Positions 20,640-30,252 of a stretch of DNA of 64,000 nt are shown here, one piece after another (position 1 is the stretch's first letter; each line of letters begins with the position of its first letter). The stretch comes from Candidatus Buchananbacteria bacterium (lineage in GTDB: Bacteria; Patescibacteriota; Patescibacteriia; 2-01-FULL-39-33), in the NCBI GenBank assembly GCA_903859075.1, contig CAIOLF010000024.1, positions 5,048 through 69,047 on the forward strand, given 5' to 3'. The notes below the pieces were generated by a model. It was not told the DNA's origin. It saw only the letters and a list, made by a program, of their open reading frames with translations, and did not search any database. The position numbers were made by a program, and so were the translations under genes.

Positions 20640-20711
20640 TAGCCCCATGGGGAATTGAACCCCAGTTTTCTCCGTGAGAGGGAGATGTCCTAGCCACTAG
20701 ACGATGAGGCC
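20640..20711 (-). tRNA. tRNA-Glu(CTC)
   Basis: Minus strand GGCCTCATCGTCTAGTGGCTAGGACA-TCTCC-CTCTCAC-GGAGA...GGTTCAATTCCCCATGGGGCTA. Confidence 0.93.
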
Positions 20712-20778
20712 GAATATTTAAATAAAGCTTAAATATTATACTCTTTATTTTTACAGATTTCAATAGTCAAACAAAAAA

Positions 20779-21339
20779 TTAATTCCCAAACTTATATACA
20801 AAAATCCTTTCCATCTGCTTGCCGTCACGACGCGTATCAACTATCTTTATCGGCTCAGTGTTGGGCAGCTTAAAGCCATAGGAAACTACTCGCGCCGTCG
20901 ATTTTAATTCTTTGGCAAATTTCGGCTCCAGCCGCGCCATTACCTCCGGAAATAAATAGCAGTAAACCACATCGGCGCCTGAGAGATCGGCCTTGAAAAA
21001 ATTTTTCATCCTCACTTCCACATTTGCTCGGCTGATAAGAATATTAAATTTAGACCACAAGTACGGCCACAGCGATAATTCATAGCCGATGCCCTTAGCG
21101 CCGAATTCCTTGGCCGCCAAGACCAGCAAGGAGGCCTTGCCGCAGCCCAAATCATAAATCTTTTCTCCCGGCTTTAAGTCAACCGCGGAAAGTATCTGGC
21201 GGTATTTGCGACGCGGGGTGGAGACAAACGGCACGCCGCGCGCCATAATCAGTCCGACGATTACGGAAATAAACAGGGAGAGAACGGCTACTAAAAAAAC
21301 TAGATAGCCGATGAGTATGAAGTATTGCCAAAAGGTCAT
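20779..21339 (-). CDS. Membrane-anchored class I SAM-dependent methyltransferase
   Basis: N-terminal TM, VPFVST, YDLGCG, VVYCYL. Confidence 0.88.
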   Translation of the reverse strand: MTFWQYFILIGYLVFLVAVLSLFISVIVGLIMARGVPFVSTPRRKYRQILSAVDLKPGEKIYDLGCGKASLLVLAAKEFGAKGIGYELSLWPYLWSKFNILISRANVEVRMKNFFKADLSGADVVYCYLFPEVMARLEPKFAKELKSTARVVSYGFKLPNTEPIKIVDTRRDGKQMERIFVYKFGN

Positions 21340-21349
21340 ATTAACATTT

Positions 21350-22456
21350 TTAAATGTTTAAATCTTCGATCAATTTTTTCTGCTGGCGATCCAAGTGTTT
21401 GGGAATATCAACTATCACTTCCACCAAATGATCACCGCGCCCGCGACCCCGCAAGTGCGGCACTCCTTTTTCTCTTAGACGAAACTGGGTATGGCTCTGG
21501 GTTCCCTCGGGAATCCGCAAAGCCACCAGACCATCCACCGTCTCTACCTCTATTTTATCACCTAATGCCGCCTGTCGTATAGAGATATGCGCTTCTGAAC
21601 GGATATCATCTCCCGCTCTGTTAAATTTTTTATTAGGACGAATATGGATCTTCAGATATAAATCTCCCGCAGTCCCTTTGGACGCCACCTCACCCTTGCC
21701 TGACAATTTCAGCGACTGCTCGTCATTGATGCCGGCGGGAATATTTATCTTGATTTTTTCCGAACCCTTGGATATTCCTTCGCCGTGGCAATGCCGGCAT
21801 TTCTTTTCAATTTTTTTGCCTTCACCTTGGCATTCGGGACAAATCGTCTCCGTCGCCATATTGCCGAAGATGGTCTGCTGTACCCGCTGCACCCGTCCCC
21901 GGCCGCCGCAGTGCAAGCAATTGGATACCTTGCTGCCCGGCTCGGCGCCGCTGCCCCGGCACTCGGGACAATTAATATCTTTCTGCAGGTCAATTACTTT
22001 TTCCGCTCCAAAAACCGCTTCGGAAAAATCCACATCCAGCTCCACTTCCAAATCGCGGCCCCGGGCTGATTTCTTGCCGCTCTTGCGCCCGCCGCCGAAT
22101 AAATCTCCTAAACCGCCAAAAACATACTCCAAGTCCTCAAAATCGCCAAAGTTAAAACCCTGGCTGGAGAAGCCCTGGCCGAAAGGATTGCCGCGGGAAA
22201 AATCCTGAAAACCGCCAAATCCCTGACCGCCGGCCGGACCGCCGCCGGAAAAACTTTGGCCAAACTGGTCGTACTGCTGGCGTTTCTGCTCATTGCCCAG
22301 CGTCTGGTAGGCCTCATTGATCTCCTTGAATTTTTCCGCGTTGCCGCCCTGTTTATCGGGATGATGCTCATGCGCCAGTTTGCGGAAGGCCTTTTTTATC
22401 TCTTCGCCGGAAGATGTCTTGGAAACGCCTAATATATTGTAATAATCTTTAGCCAT
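21350..22456 (-). CDS. dnaJ: Chaperone DnaJ
   Basis: HPD J-domain, G/F region, four CxxCxGxG repeats. Confidence 0.97.
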   Translation of the reverse strand: MAKDYYNILGVSKTSSGEEIKKAFRKLAHEHHPDKQGGNAEKFKEINEAYQTLGNEQKRQQYDQFGQSFSGGGPAGGQGFGGFQDFSRGNPFGQGFSSQGFNFGDFEDLEYVFGGLGDLFGGGRKSGKKSARGRDLEVELDVDFSEAVFGAEKVIDLQKDINCPECRGSGAEPGSKVSNCLHCGGRGRVQRVQQTIFGNMATETICPECQGEGKKIEKKCRHCHGEGISKGSEKIKINIPAGINDEQSLKLSGKGEVASKGTAGDLYLKIHIRPNKKFNRAGDDIRSEAHISIRQAALGDKIEVETVDGLVALRIPEGTQSHTQFRLREKGVPHLRGRGRGDHLVEVIVDIPKHLDRQQKKLIEDLNI

Positions 22457-22469
22457 AACTTATAATTTT

Positions 22470-22763
22470 TTACGCTTGAAAACCGATTTCCTGCTTTGGG
22501 CTCTCCGCCTCCGTCACCGTGCCGAATTGGCTTTCATACTTCTTTAAATTATCTTGCAGGGCGGCAATCATGCGCTTCAAGTGCCCCGGATTGGTGATTA
22601 TCTTGGCTACCACCCGGCCGCCCGGCGCGACAATATTAAAAAATGACAAGATGAACTCCTGCTGATTATGCATTATCTGCATAGCATTGGCATATTCGCC
22701 GCCGACAAAATTATCAGTAATGCGAATTTCTTGCGGAGCGCTTTTTGTTGTTGGCTCGTTCAT
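22470..22763 (-). CDS. DUF3467-like conserved protein
   Basis: GEYAN, EFILSF, VVAKIITNPGHLKR, YESQFG. Confidence 0.7.
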   Translation of the reverse strand: MNEPTTKSAPQEIRITDNFVGGEYANAMQIMHNQQEFILSFFNIVAPGGRVVAKIITNPGHLKRMIAALQDNLKKYESQFGTVTEAESPKQEIGFQA

Positions 22764-22909
22764 AGAATTAAGAATTATGAATTAAGATCGTTAATATTGG
22801 ATATTAAGGATATTTATGATATTTTTTAATTAAATTCAATATCCCTAATATCTTAATTTCTAAATATCTTTAATATGTCTGTCATAAAATTACCAATTAC
22901 TAATTACTT

Positions 22910-23893
22910 TTAGGAAACTAGAATCTTATCCGCCGGTGACTTATCCAGATTTTCCGACCACTTGCCGCAACGGTCGCCCCAGCGCGCGATCACTTTGCCG
23001 TTTTCTTTGAATTCCACCACTTCGCATTTATTGGGGCAGTCCGTGCAATCAAAAGCGGTGGTCTCAAATTCCGATTTGATGATTTCAAAACCTTTGAAAT
23101 TCGTCTTGGCTGGATCCAGTTCCAGCGCCAAAATCGCCGCTCCAATCGCTCCCATGACATCAAAATTCTCCGGCACGATAACTTTTTCTCCCAGAGCCCG
23201 CTCAAATTCTTTGATAATTCCTTTATTAGCGGCAACGCCGCCCTGAAAAATTATCGGCGCTTCAATTTTTTTTCCTCGGGCGACATTACTCAAGTAATTG
23301 CGCACCAACGCCTCGCATAACCCGCGGATAATATCTTCACGCTTAGCTCCGATTTGCTGTTTATGTATCATATCCGATTCGGCAAAAACCGTACAGCGGC
23401 CGGCAATATTGACGTTGGCGGTGGAAGCCAGCGCCAGATCGCCAAATTCCTCAATCTGCAACCCCAGACGTCCGGCCTGCTGATCCAAAAATGATCCCGT
23501 ACCGGCGGCGCAAACGGTATTCATGGCAAAATCAGTAACCATTCCGCCCTCGAGAATTATAATTTTGGAATCCTGACCGCCGATTTCCAACACCGTCCTG
23601 ACTCCCGGCACTTCGCTCAGTGCCGCCATGGCATGGGAAGTGATCTCGTTTTTTACGATATCACCGCCGACTAAGATGCTCGCCAGCATGCGGCCGCTGC
23701 CGGTCGTGCCGACTCCAGCCACTCCGCAATCGTGGAGCTGGTCTTTTACGGCTGCCAAGCCTTCTTTGACGGCGCGAATCGGCTGGCCTTGGGTCCGGAT
23801 ATAAGACTTGGCCAGTAATTTTTTATTTTCATCAATCGCTACGACATTGCAGCTTACCGATCCGACATCAACGCCGAGATAAATTTTCTTCAT
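22910..23893 (-). CDS. 2-hydroxyacyl-CoA dehydratase activase (BadF/BadG/BcrA/BcrD ATPase)
   Basis: LGVDVGS, EIGGQDSK, MNTVCAAGTGSFL, GRCTVFAESD, GGVA; C-terminal CxxCxxxC. Confidence 0.92.
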   Translation of the reverse strand: MKKIYLGVDVGSVSCNVVAIDENKKLLAKSYIRTQGQPIRAVKEGLAAVKDQLHDCGVAGVGTTGSGRMLASILVGGDIVKNEITSHAMAALSEVPGVRTVLEIGGQDSKIIILEGGMVTDFAMNTVCAAGTGSFLDQQAGRLGLQIEEFGDLALASTANVNIAGRCTVFAESDMIHKQQIGAKREDIIRGLCEALVRNYLSNVARGKKIEAPIIFQGGVAANKGIIKEFERALGEKVIVPENFDVMGAIGAAILALELDPAKTNFKGFEIIKSEFETTAFDCTDCPNKCEVVEFKENGKVIARWGDRCGKWSENLDKSPADKILVS

Positions 23894-24978
23894 ATTTTTT
23901 GTTTTCTTTTTAGCAAATCAACGAACGCCTCCAAACGTGTCTGATATTGCGTATCGCTGGAATGAGTATCGCGCAAAAAGTGGATTATCGGCACGCCGTA
24001 GTCCTTGGCAATGCGGTCCAGTATCGGCTTCAGCAGCAAATCGGGCATGCAGCCGAATGACTGGAAGTGCACGATGCCGCTCGCGCCATTTTCCAATTCT
24101 TCCAATACTTCGCCGACGCTTAAGTCCAAAAAAGACGCCGGCGACGATTGCAGATATTTCTTGCCCTTAACCATCAGCTCCGCATACCTTTTTTGGTAAT
24201 CGCTCTTCAGCGGCACTTTATTCATGCCAAAAAATATCAACGAAAATTGCAATGACTGGCGCACTTCCGCTCCCAGCCGATTCAGCTTGCGGATAGTATC
24301 AAAATGCGAAAAAGGTTCGTGGACTTTGAACATATCGCCGACAAAAGCCACTTTGATTAATTTCTTTTCTTTATCAAGCGGAATGTTTTCCCATTCTTTC
24401 AAGGCCGCCCTAAATATTTTACGCGGCTGCCAGAATTTCTTGACACCGCAGAGCTCACTGTTCCATTTGGCCAGCCAGGCGTCAGTCTCGCCGTTATTTT
24501 TCTCGCGCGGCCGCGACCTGTTGGCCAGGTCGTTAATCTTATCAGCCGCCTCCAGCGTCAGGCAGAAAATCAGGATACCACGCAACATTTTAAACTTTGA
24601 TGGTCCGCCCATTACTTCCTTAAGCTGATCAAAAGATAAATCCAAGCCATAGCCGCCCCAATAATTGATGCGAAAATCCGGGTAGCCGTTTTCCCGCAGA
24701 ATCTGCGCCGTCCCCTCCCAAAGATCGACATAACGACAGGAGCGGATATCGCACAGGCCGTGGACAAAAATATTTGTTACTCCTTTTTCCGCCAGCTGCC
24801 TAAGATAACCGAGATAAAGCTTAAAAGGAAAGCAGGCATATTCCGGCGAATGCGCTTCGCCGAATTTGAGCATCGACTCATTGAGCGGCACTGGCAATTC
24901 AAACTCTTGGCCGAAATAATTAAACATGGCTTTCATGGCGATATATTCGTTAAGCGCTGGCACTGATCCGTATTTCAT
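23890..24978 (-). CDS. 2-hydroxyacyl-CoA dehydratase-related subunit
   Basis: SPEYACFPFK, RPREK, SFGCMP, YQTRLEAFVDLL. Confidence 0.8.
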   Translation of the reverse strand: MKYGSVPALNEYIAMKAMFNYFGQEFELPVPLNESMLKFGEAHSPEYACFPFKLYLGYLRQLAEKGVTNIFVHGLCDIRSCRYVDLWEGTAQILRENGYPDFRINYWGGYGLDLSFDQLKEVMGGPSKFKMLRGILIFCLTLEAADKINDLANRSRPREKNNGETDAWLAKWNSELCGVKKFWQPRKIFRAALKEWENIPLDKEKKLIKVAFVGDMFKVHEPFSHFDTIRKLNRLGAEVRQSLQFSLIFFGMNKVPLKSDYQKRYAELMVKGKKYLQSSPASFLDLSVGEVLEELENGASGIVHFQSFGCMPDLLLKPILDRIAKDYGVPIIHFLRDTHSSDTQYQTRLEAFVDLLKRKQKI

Positions 24979-24982
24979 AAAA

Positions 24983-25894
24983 TTATTTCAACATATCAAA
25001 AAAAGCATCCAGACGAGTAAGCAGCCCGGCCTCGCCGCTGGATTCGTCAAAAGATATCGAGATGACCGGCTTATTTCTTCTTGCCAGGCGGATGGAAAAA
25101 TTCTCCATCAAAAAATCCGGCCCGCAATTAAAAGGAGTGGCATAAATTATGCCTTTGACATGAGGATCATGGCTGGCGGCAATGATTGCTCCGTATTCGC
25201 GATTAGTCAGACGCCAATGGTAATGATAGCATTTATGCAATTCGCCAAAACCCCGTTCAATGCCCTCATCGGAAAAATCATCCACCGTTTTTATTTCATA
25301 CCCCCTGGCTCTGATTTTTTTTAGCAGTTCCAAATTGGCTTGTTCATCATAAAGGAGGTAGGGGCGGCCAATAACGGCAATCACCGCTTTCCCATTGTCC
25401 TTGAACTTTTCAAAAATGTTTGGCGCTTCTTCCTGCACTTGGCTAGCCGCGTCGTAAGCGGCTTTCGCTTGCTGCTTATTTTTTCCCAATTGCTCGGCCA
25501 GTTCCAGCCAAGGCTCAGCCACCATCTTGCCGTCTAAAAACTTTATGACCGGCCGCAAAATTTTTAACTGGGGATACTCCGCCGCAAACATATCCGGCAT
25601 CGCCACAAAGTACGGGCAAAAATACTCCCTCTTGTCTTTGTCGCTGCTATAAGCGAATTCCTCGAACTGCGGTATCAGGATGTAATCGGCCAGGCCCTGA
25701 AGCGATAAGACATGGCCATAAAAGATTTTCATCGGCAGACACATTTCGCTATGCGAGTGTTTCAGCCCCAAATTCAATATCCGGCGATCGGTAGGATCGG
25801 AAATCACCACCTCAAAACCCAGCGCTTCAAAAAAAGCATTCCAAAAAGCATGGTAATAATAATATAATCCCGCGCGGGGTATGGCAATTTTCAT
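24983..25894 (-). CDS. CoA enzyme activase-related protein (DUF2229-like)
   Basis: IAIPRAG, EMCLPMKIFYGHV, FCP, GRPYLLYD, FNCGPD, TRLDAFFDM. Confidence 0.82.
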   Translation of the reverse strand: MKIAIPRAGLYYYYHAFWNAFFEALGFEVVISDPTDRRILNLGLKHSHSEMCLPMKIFYGHVLSLQGLADYILIPQFEEFAYSSDKDKREYFCPYFVAMPDMFAAEYPQLKILRPVIKFLDGKMVAEPWLELAEQLGKNKQQAKAAYDAASQVQEEAPNIFEKFKDNGKAVIAVIGRPYLLYDEQANLELLKKIRARGYEIKTVDDFSDEGIERGFGELHKCYHYHWRLTNREYGAIIAASHDPHVKGIIYATPFNCGPDFLMENFSIRLARRNKPVISISFDESSGEAGLLTRLDAFFDMLK

Positions 25895-25907
25895 ATTTAA
25901 AAAACGC

Positions 25908-25937
25908 GCAGAGACGTCCGCCGCGGCGGACGTCTCT
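25908..25937. repeat. REP-like palindrome downstream of dnaK
   Basis: AGAGACGTCCGCC-GC-GGCGGACGTCTCT perfect inverted repeat. Confidence 0.6.
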
Positions 25938-25948
25938 CTAAAATATAA

Positions 25949-27865
25949 TTATTTCTTTACTTCTTCGTACTGCCCATCAATCGGCCCTTGCTGACCGGCT
26001 TGCTGCTGTTCTCCAGCGCCCGCGGAACCGCCAGCGGACTTGTCCGCCGGAGCTTCAGCGGAGGCGGACTGATACATAGCCGCACCGACTTTCTGGATCG
26101 CTTCGGACAGCGTGTCATAATTGCGCTTGATAAGATCTTTGTCCTCGCCATCTTTGGCTTTTTTAAGATCTTCCACCTTATCCATTATATCTTTTCTGGT
26201 GCCGGCGTCAACTTTATCTCCGGCATCTTTGAGCGTTTTTTCCGTGGTAAAAATCAGGCTCTCCGCTTGATTTTTAAGATCGATGATTTCTTTTCTATTC
26301 TTATCTTCCTCGGCATGGGCGGCGGCATCATTTTTCATCCGCTCAATTTCATCCTTGGATAAGCCGGTTGATGCGGTGATTGTGATGTGCTGTTCGCGAC
26401 TGGTGGCCTTATCTTTGGCTTTGACATTTAAAATGCCGTTGGCATCAATATCAAAAGTCACTTCAATCTGCGGGACGCCGCGCGGAGCCGGCGGAATACC
26501 ATCTAGCATGAATTTACCCAGCGTCTTGTTGTCAGCCGCCATTGGTCGTTCGCCTTGCAAAACATGGATTTCCACACCTGGCTGATTATCGGCCGCGGTA
26601 GAAAATACCTGGCTGTGAGAGGTCGGGATGGTAGTATTGCGCTCAATCAGCGGGGTCATGACTCCGCCCAAGGTCTCAATACCCAAAGTCAGCGGGGTAA
26701 CATCTAAAAGCAACACATCTTTGACATCGCCTTGCAAAACCCCGGCCTGAACGGCGGCGCCGAGCGCCACTACTTCATCGGGATTGACGCTGATATTCGG
26801 CTTTTTGCCAAAAAATTCCTCTACCTTCTTTTGCACCAAAGGCATGCGGGTCATGCCGCCGACTAAAACTATTTCTTCAACATCTTTGGGCGACATGCCG
26901 GCATCTGACAAAGCTTTGCGTACCGGCTCAAAAGTTTTCTCTACGAATTCCATCACTAAGCTCTCTAATTGAGCTCGAGTAACTCTCATATTCAAATGCT
27001 TGGGCGAGCTATCGGCTCCCATCGTGATAAATGGCTGATTAATCTCGGTTTCCATCTGGGTGGAGAGCTCTATCTTGGCTTTTTCGGCCGCTTCTTTGAC
27101 GCGCTGCAGAGCGGTGATATCCTTGGAGAGATCAACGCCTTCCTGCTTCTTGAATTCATCCAAAATCCAGTTCATTATTTTGAGGTCAAAATCATCGCCG
27201 CCCAAATGCGTATCGCCATTGGTTGATTTCACTTCCACGGTGTCAGCGGCAACATCCAGCACGGAGACGTCAAAAGTACCGCCGCCCAAATCGTAAACCA
27301 CTATCTGCTGGCCGGCTTTCTTCTCAAAACCATAAGCCAAAGCGGCCGCGGTCGGCTCATTGATAATGCGCTTGACGGTGAGTCCAGCGATTTCTCCGGC
27401 ATCTTTGGTCGCTTGTCTCTGAGCGTCATTAAAATACGCCGGCACGGTAATTACCGCTTCGGTGATTTTTTCACCCAGTTTGGCCTCGGCGTCTTCCTTG
27501 AGCTTGGTCAGTACCATGGCGGAGATTTCCTGCGGGCTGTAATCCTTGCCGCCCATGACTATTTTTACTCCAGTGCCGGATTTTTTGATTTCAAACGGCA
27601 TCAGCTTGATATCGCGCTGCACTTCCGGATCATCCCAGGCGCGCCCGATAAGGCGCTTGATGGAAAAAAGCGTATTGGCGGGATTGGTAACGGCTTGGCG
27701 CTTGGCAGAGATTCCGACTAAGCGCTCGTTAGTTTTGGTGACCGCCACGATTGACGGGGTGGTGCGAGCTCCCTCCTTATTCTCTAATACTTTCGGCTGG
27801 CCGCCTTCAATGATGGCCAGGCAGGAATTGGTGGTTCCTAAATCGATTCCTAAAATTTTCGGCAT
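25949..27865 (-). CDS. dnaK: Chaperone DnaK
   Basis: [32 protein letters not shown]. Confidence 0.98.
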   Translation of the reverse strand: MPKILGIDLGTTNSCLAIIEGGQPKVLENKEGARTTPSIVAVTKTNERLVGISAKRQAVTNPANTLFSIKRLIGRAWDDPEVQRDIKLMPFEIKKSGTGVKIVMGGKDYSPQEISAMVLTKLKEDAEAKLGEKITEAVITVPAYFNDAQRQATKDAGEIAGLTVKRIINEPTAAALAYGFEKKAGQQIVVYDLGGGTFDVSVLDVAADTVEVKSTNGDTHLGGDDFDLKIMNWILDEFKKQEGVDLSKDITALQRVKEAAEKAKIELSTQMETEINQPFITMGADSSPKHLNMRVTRAQLESLVMEFVEKTFEPVRKALSDAGMSPKDVEEIVLVGGMTRMPLVQKKVEEFFGKKPNISVNPDEVVALGAAVQAGVLQGDVKDVLLLDVTPLTLGIETLGGVMTPLIERNTTIPTSHSQVFSTAADNQPGVEIHVLQGERPMAADNKTLGKFMLDGIPPAPRGVPQIEVTFDIDANGILNVKAKDKATSREQHITITASTGLSKDEIERMKNDAAAHAEEDKNRKEIIDLKNQAESLIFTTEKTLKDAGDKVDAGTRKDIMDKVEDLKKAKDGEDKDLIKRNYDTLSEAIQKVGAAMYQSASAEAPADKSAGGSAGAGEQQQAGQQGPIDGQYEEVKK

Positions 27866-27969
27866 AGTATTTTTTTAATTAAGAATTATGAATTATGAAT
27901 TAAAAATTAAGAACTATGAATGAATTATTAATTAAGAAAACATCTTAATTCATAATTCATAATTCTTCA

Positions 27970-28446
27970 TTACTTAGCTACTTTCACTTTCGCCGGGACC
28001 AACACTTTGCCATCCACCAGATAGCCCGGCTGGACTTCTTCAAAAACCAAATCGGCGTCAAAGCCGTCCTTTTGTTCATGCGAGAGCGCCTCATGCAGAT
28101 TATGATCAAATTTCTCGCCCACGGTATGAATTTCTTCAATATTATATTTTTTCAAAAACTCTTGGAATAATTTCTGGATCTGAATAACGCCGACCACCCA
28201 GGGTTCCTGGCGGCTCGCCTCGGGGATATGGCTCAGGGCCAGTTTGAAATGGCTGTAAATCGGCAAGAGCTCCGCCAGAGTACCGGCACTCACAAATTCC
28301 ATCATTTCCTGGGCCTGTTTTTCCTGTTCTTTCTTGAGATTGGAATAATCGGCCCGAGCGCGCTGCCACCCTGCCAAATGCTCTTGCGCCTTTTGTTCCG
28401 AGAGCGCTAATTCTTCCTGTAATTGTTCAATGGTCTTATCTTCCAT
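27970..28446 (-). CDS. grpE: Nucleotide exchange factor GrpE
   Basis: QRARADYSNLKK, FDHNLHEAL, GYLVDGKVLVPAKVKV. Confidence 0.93.
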   Translation of the reverse strand: MEDKTIEQLQEELALSEQKAQEHLAGWQRARADYSNLKKEQEKQAQEMMEFVSAGTLAELLPIYSHFKLALSHIPEASRQEPWVVGVIQIQKLFQEFLKKYNIEEIHTVGEKFDHNLHEALSHEQKDGFDADLVFEEVQPGYLVDGKVLVPAKVKVAK

Positions 28447-28462
28447 AAAAATGTCTAGGTTA

Positions 28463-29161
28463 TTATTTTAATCCGCTGATTATCTCCTGCACTAATTTCA
28501 GCAGTCCCAAATTCCTGCGGTAATCCATGCGGTTCGGCCCCAGAATTCCAATCAACCCAGAAATGCCGGCCTGATCATATTTGACGAGTATCACCGAAGA
28601 CATCTCTCCAAAAGGATTGTCCTGACCCAAAAGTATCTTAGCTTCATCTTTAATCTCATAAAAAATTTTGCCCATGACGTCATCCAGATGATCAATAATT
28701 TCTGACATGGAAAAAACCAGCTGGGGCTGGGCAAATTCCGGCTGCTTGAATAAATTGGCGATGCCGGTGTAGTAAATATTGCTGGCCGCGAAACCGATTA
28801 GAATTGTGTTGTCAGAAATTTCCGCCAGCGCCTTGGCGAGCGTCTTAATGCCAATTTCATCAACCGGCAGTCCTGGCGCCAGCTGCTCCAGCTGTTTTCG
28901 ATCACGCTCGGAAATCTTGCCTTCGCCGATAAATTTGTCAATATAACGGCGATAGCCGAGAGCGGTAGGTATCCGACCGGCCGAGGTATGCGGCTGGAAA
29001 ATCAAGCCCTCTTCTTCCAGTTCGGCCATCTCATTTCTAATAGTTGCCGAGCTCAGCTCCGGCAGATATTTTTCAACTACCAGGGATGAACCGACGGGAT
29101 TGGCGCTTTCTATGTATTCCTCAACGATTATCTTTAATAAATTGTCTTTTCTTGATTCCAT
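28463..29161 (-). CDS. hrcA: Heat-inducible repressor HrcA (short form)
   Basis: SSATIRNEM..LE..G...QPHTSAGRIPT; GILGPNRMDY. Confidence 0.93.
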   Translation of the reverse strand: MESRKDNLLKIIVEEYIESANPVGSSLVVEKYLPELSSATIRNEMAELEEEGLIFQPHTSAGRIPTALGYRRYIDKFIGEGKISERDRKQLEQLAPGLPVDEIGIKTLAKALAEISDNTILIGFAASNIYYTGIANLFKQPEFAQPQLVFSMSEIIDHLDDVMGKIFYEIKDEAKILLGQDNPFGEMSSVILVKYDQAGISGLIGILGPNRMDYRRNLGLLKLVQEIISGLK

Positions 29162-29201
29162 AAGCCCCCATATTTTGCCCGATTATCGGGCCTTTTTAGA
29201 A

Positions 29202-29228
29202 TTAGCACTCACGTTGCTAGAGTGCTAA
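29202..29228. promoter_or_regulatory. CIRCE operator
   Basis: TTAGCACTC-N9-GAGTGCTAA, exact consensus upstream of hrcA. Confidence 0.97.
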
Positions 29229-29232
29229 GTTA

Positions 29233-29261
29233 AATATAATGCATCTGAAAGAGCTTGTCAA
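29233..29261 (-). promoter_or_regulatory. Sigma-70 promoter of the hrcA operon
   Basis: Minus strand TTGACA-17 nt-TATATT immediately upstream of the CIRCE. Confidence 0.8.
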
Positions 29262-29384
29262 GCTTTATCAATTATGAATTATGAATTAAAAAAAATAGCA
29301 AAACAAAAACCCCAATTAATTTCGGGGCTTTTATTTCAATTTTATATAAATTATTAATCTTAATTCTTAATTCGTAATTCGTAA

Positions 29385-30221
29385 TTAATCGCCTGGCTTC
29401 ATGATGTTACTATCATCAAAAGCATTAAGCTCCGGCCTGACTTCTATGCTGTCAATGCCGGGCAGGCGATAATTCCAGTCCACCTCGATCTGCCTGGCCT
29501 CCCCCGCTCTGAATTGTTTAACATCTATGTAATTAATCGAAACCAATTCGCCAGCGCTATAGAGAAATACCTGCGCCCCCACGTTCCAAAAACCGAAAGC
29601 GGAATTATTAGTCATTTTAAAAACCACCCGATTAGGCTCGCCCGCCGCGGCGTTACCAGCATAAAGCTTCTCGTCAGAAACTTCAAAGCGTAACCGACTA
29701 TTAATGGTCGATTCCACCTTCTCTACCCGCTTCCAATATTGATTGATAATCTCCAGCTTAGAGGCGCTGACCTCGTGCCCCAAATCCATTAGATATTTCT
29801 CCTCACCGGGCATGGCAAAGCTATGCCTATAAGAACCCTCCTTATCGCCATCGCTGAAACGATAATCAAAAGTCACCAGCCAATCATTGTTGGGATTTTT
29901 TGTCAGCGCCAAAAAATCATAACGTCCATTGTCCTCGGAAAATGATCGGGAATCAGAAATGATTAATTCTTGGGGACGCCGGCTATTTAGCAATTCCAAA
30001 TAGGGGCTGCCGGTAAACAGCAGCCGGCCGACGCGATACTGATCAAAATTGTAATTGGCGATAAAATCAGCCGTCTGCCAGCCAAATAATAACCATAGTA
30101 AAACGGCCGCCACGATCAAAAAAATCGTCGTGTAGCGCCTGATTTTCAGCTTATGGGAAATATACCAATAACTCAGCTTGAGCTGCTTATCGGTAAGATT
30201 GTGAGTCGGTGCTTCCACCAT
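29385..30221 (-). CDS. Membrane-anchored hypothetical protein
   Basis: Single N-terminal TM followed by beta-rich domains. Confidence 0.7.
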   Translation of the reverse strand: MVEAPTHNLTDKQLKLSYWYISHKLKIRRYTTIFLIVAAVLLWLLFGWQTADFIANYNFDQYRVGRLLFTGSPYLELLNSRRPQELIISDSRSFSEDNGRYDFLALTKNPNNDWLVTFDYRFSDGDKEGSYRHSFAMPGEEKYLMDLGHEVSASKLEIINQYWKRVEKVESTINSRLRFEVSDEKLYAGNAAAGEPNRVVFKMTNNSAFGFWNVGAQVFLYSAGELVSINYIDVKQFRAGEARQIEVDWNYRLPGIDSIEVRPELNAFDDSNIMKPGD

Positions 30222-30252
30222 ATGGCTGTATTATAGCATAAAAACTATAATA

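Noticed and set aside
20425-20656. Integrated prophage/ICE at tRNA-Glu
   Set aside because: Only about 200 bp lie between the direct repeats and there is no integrase
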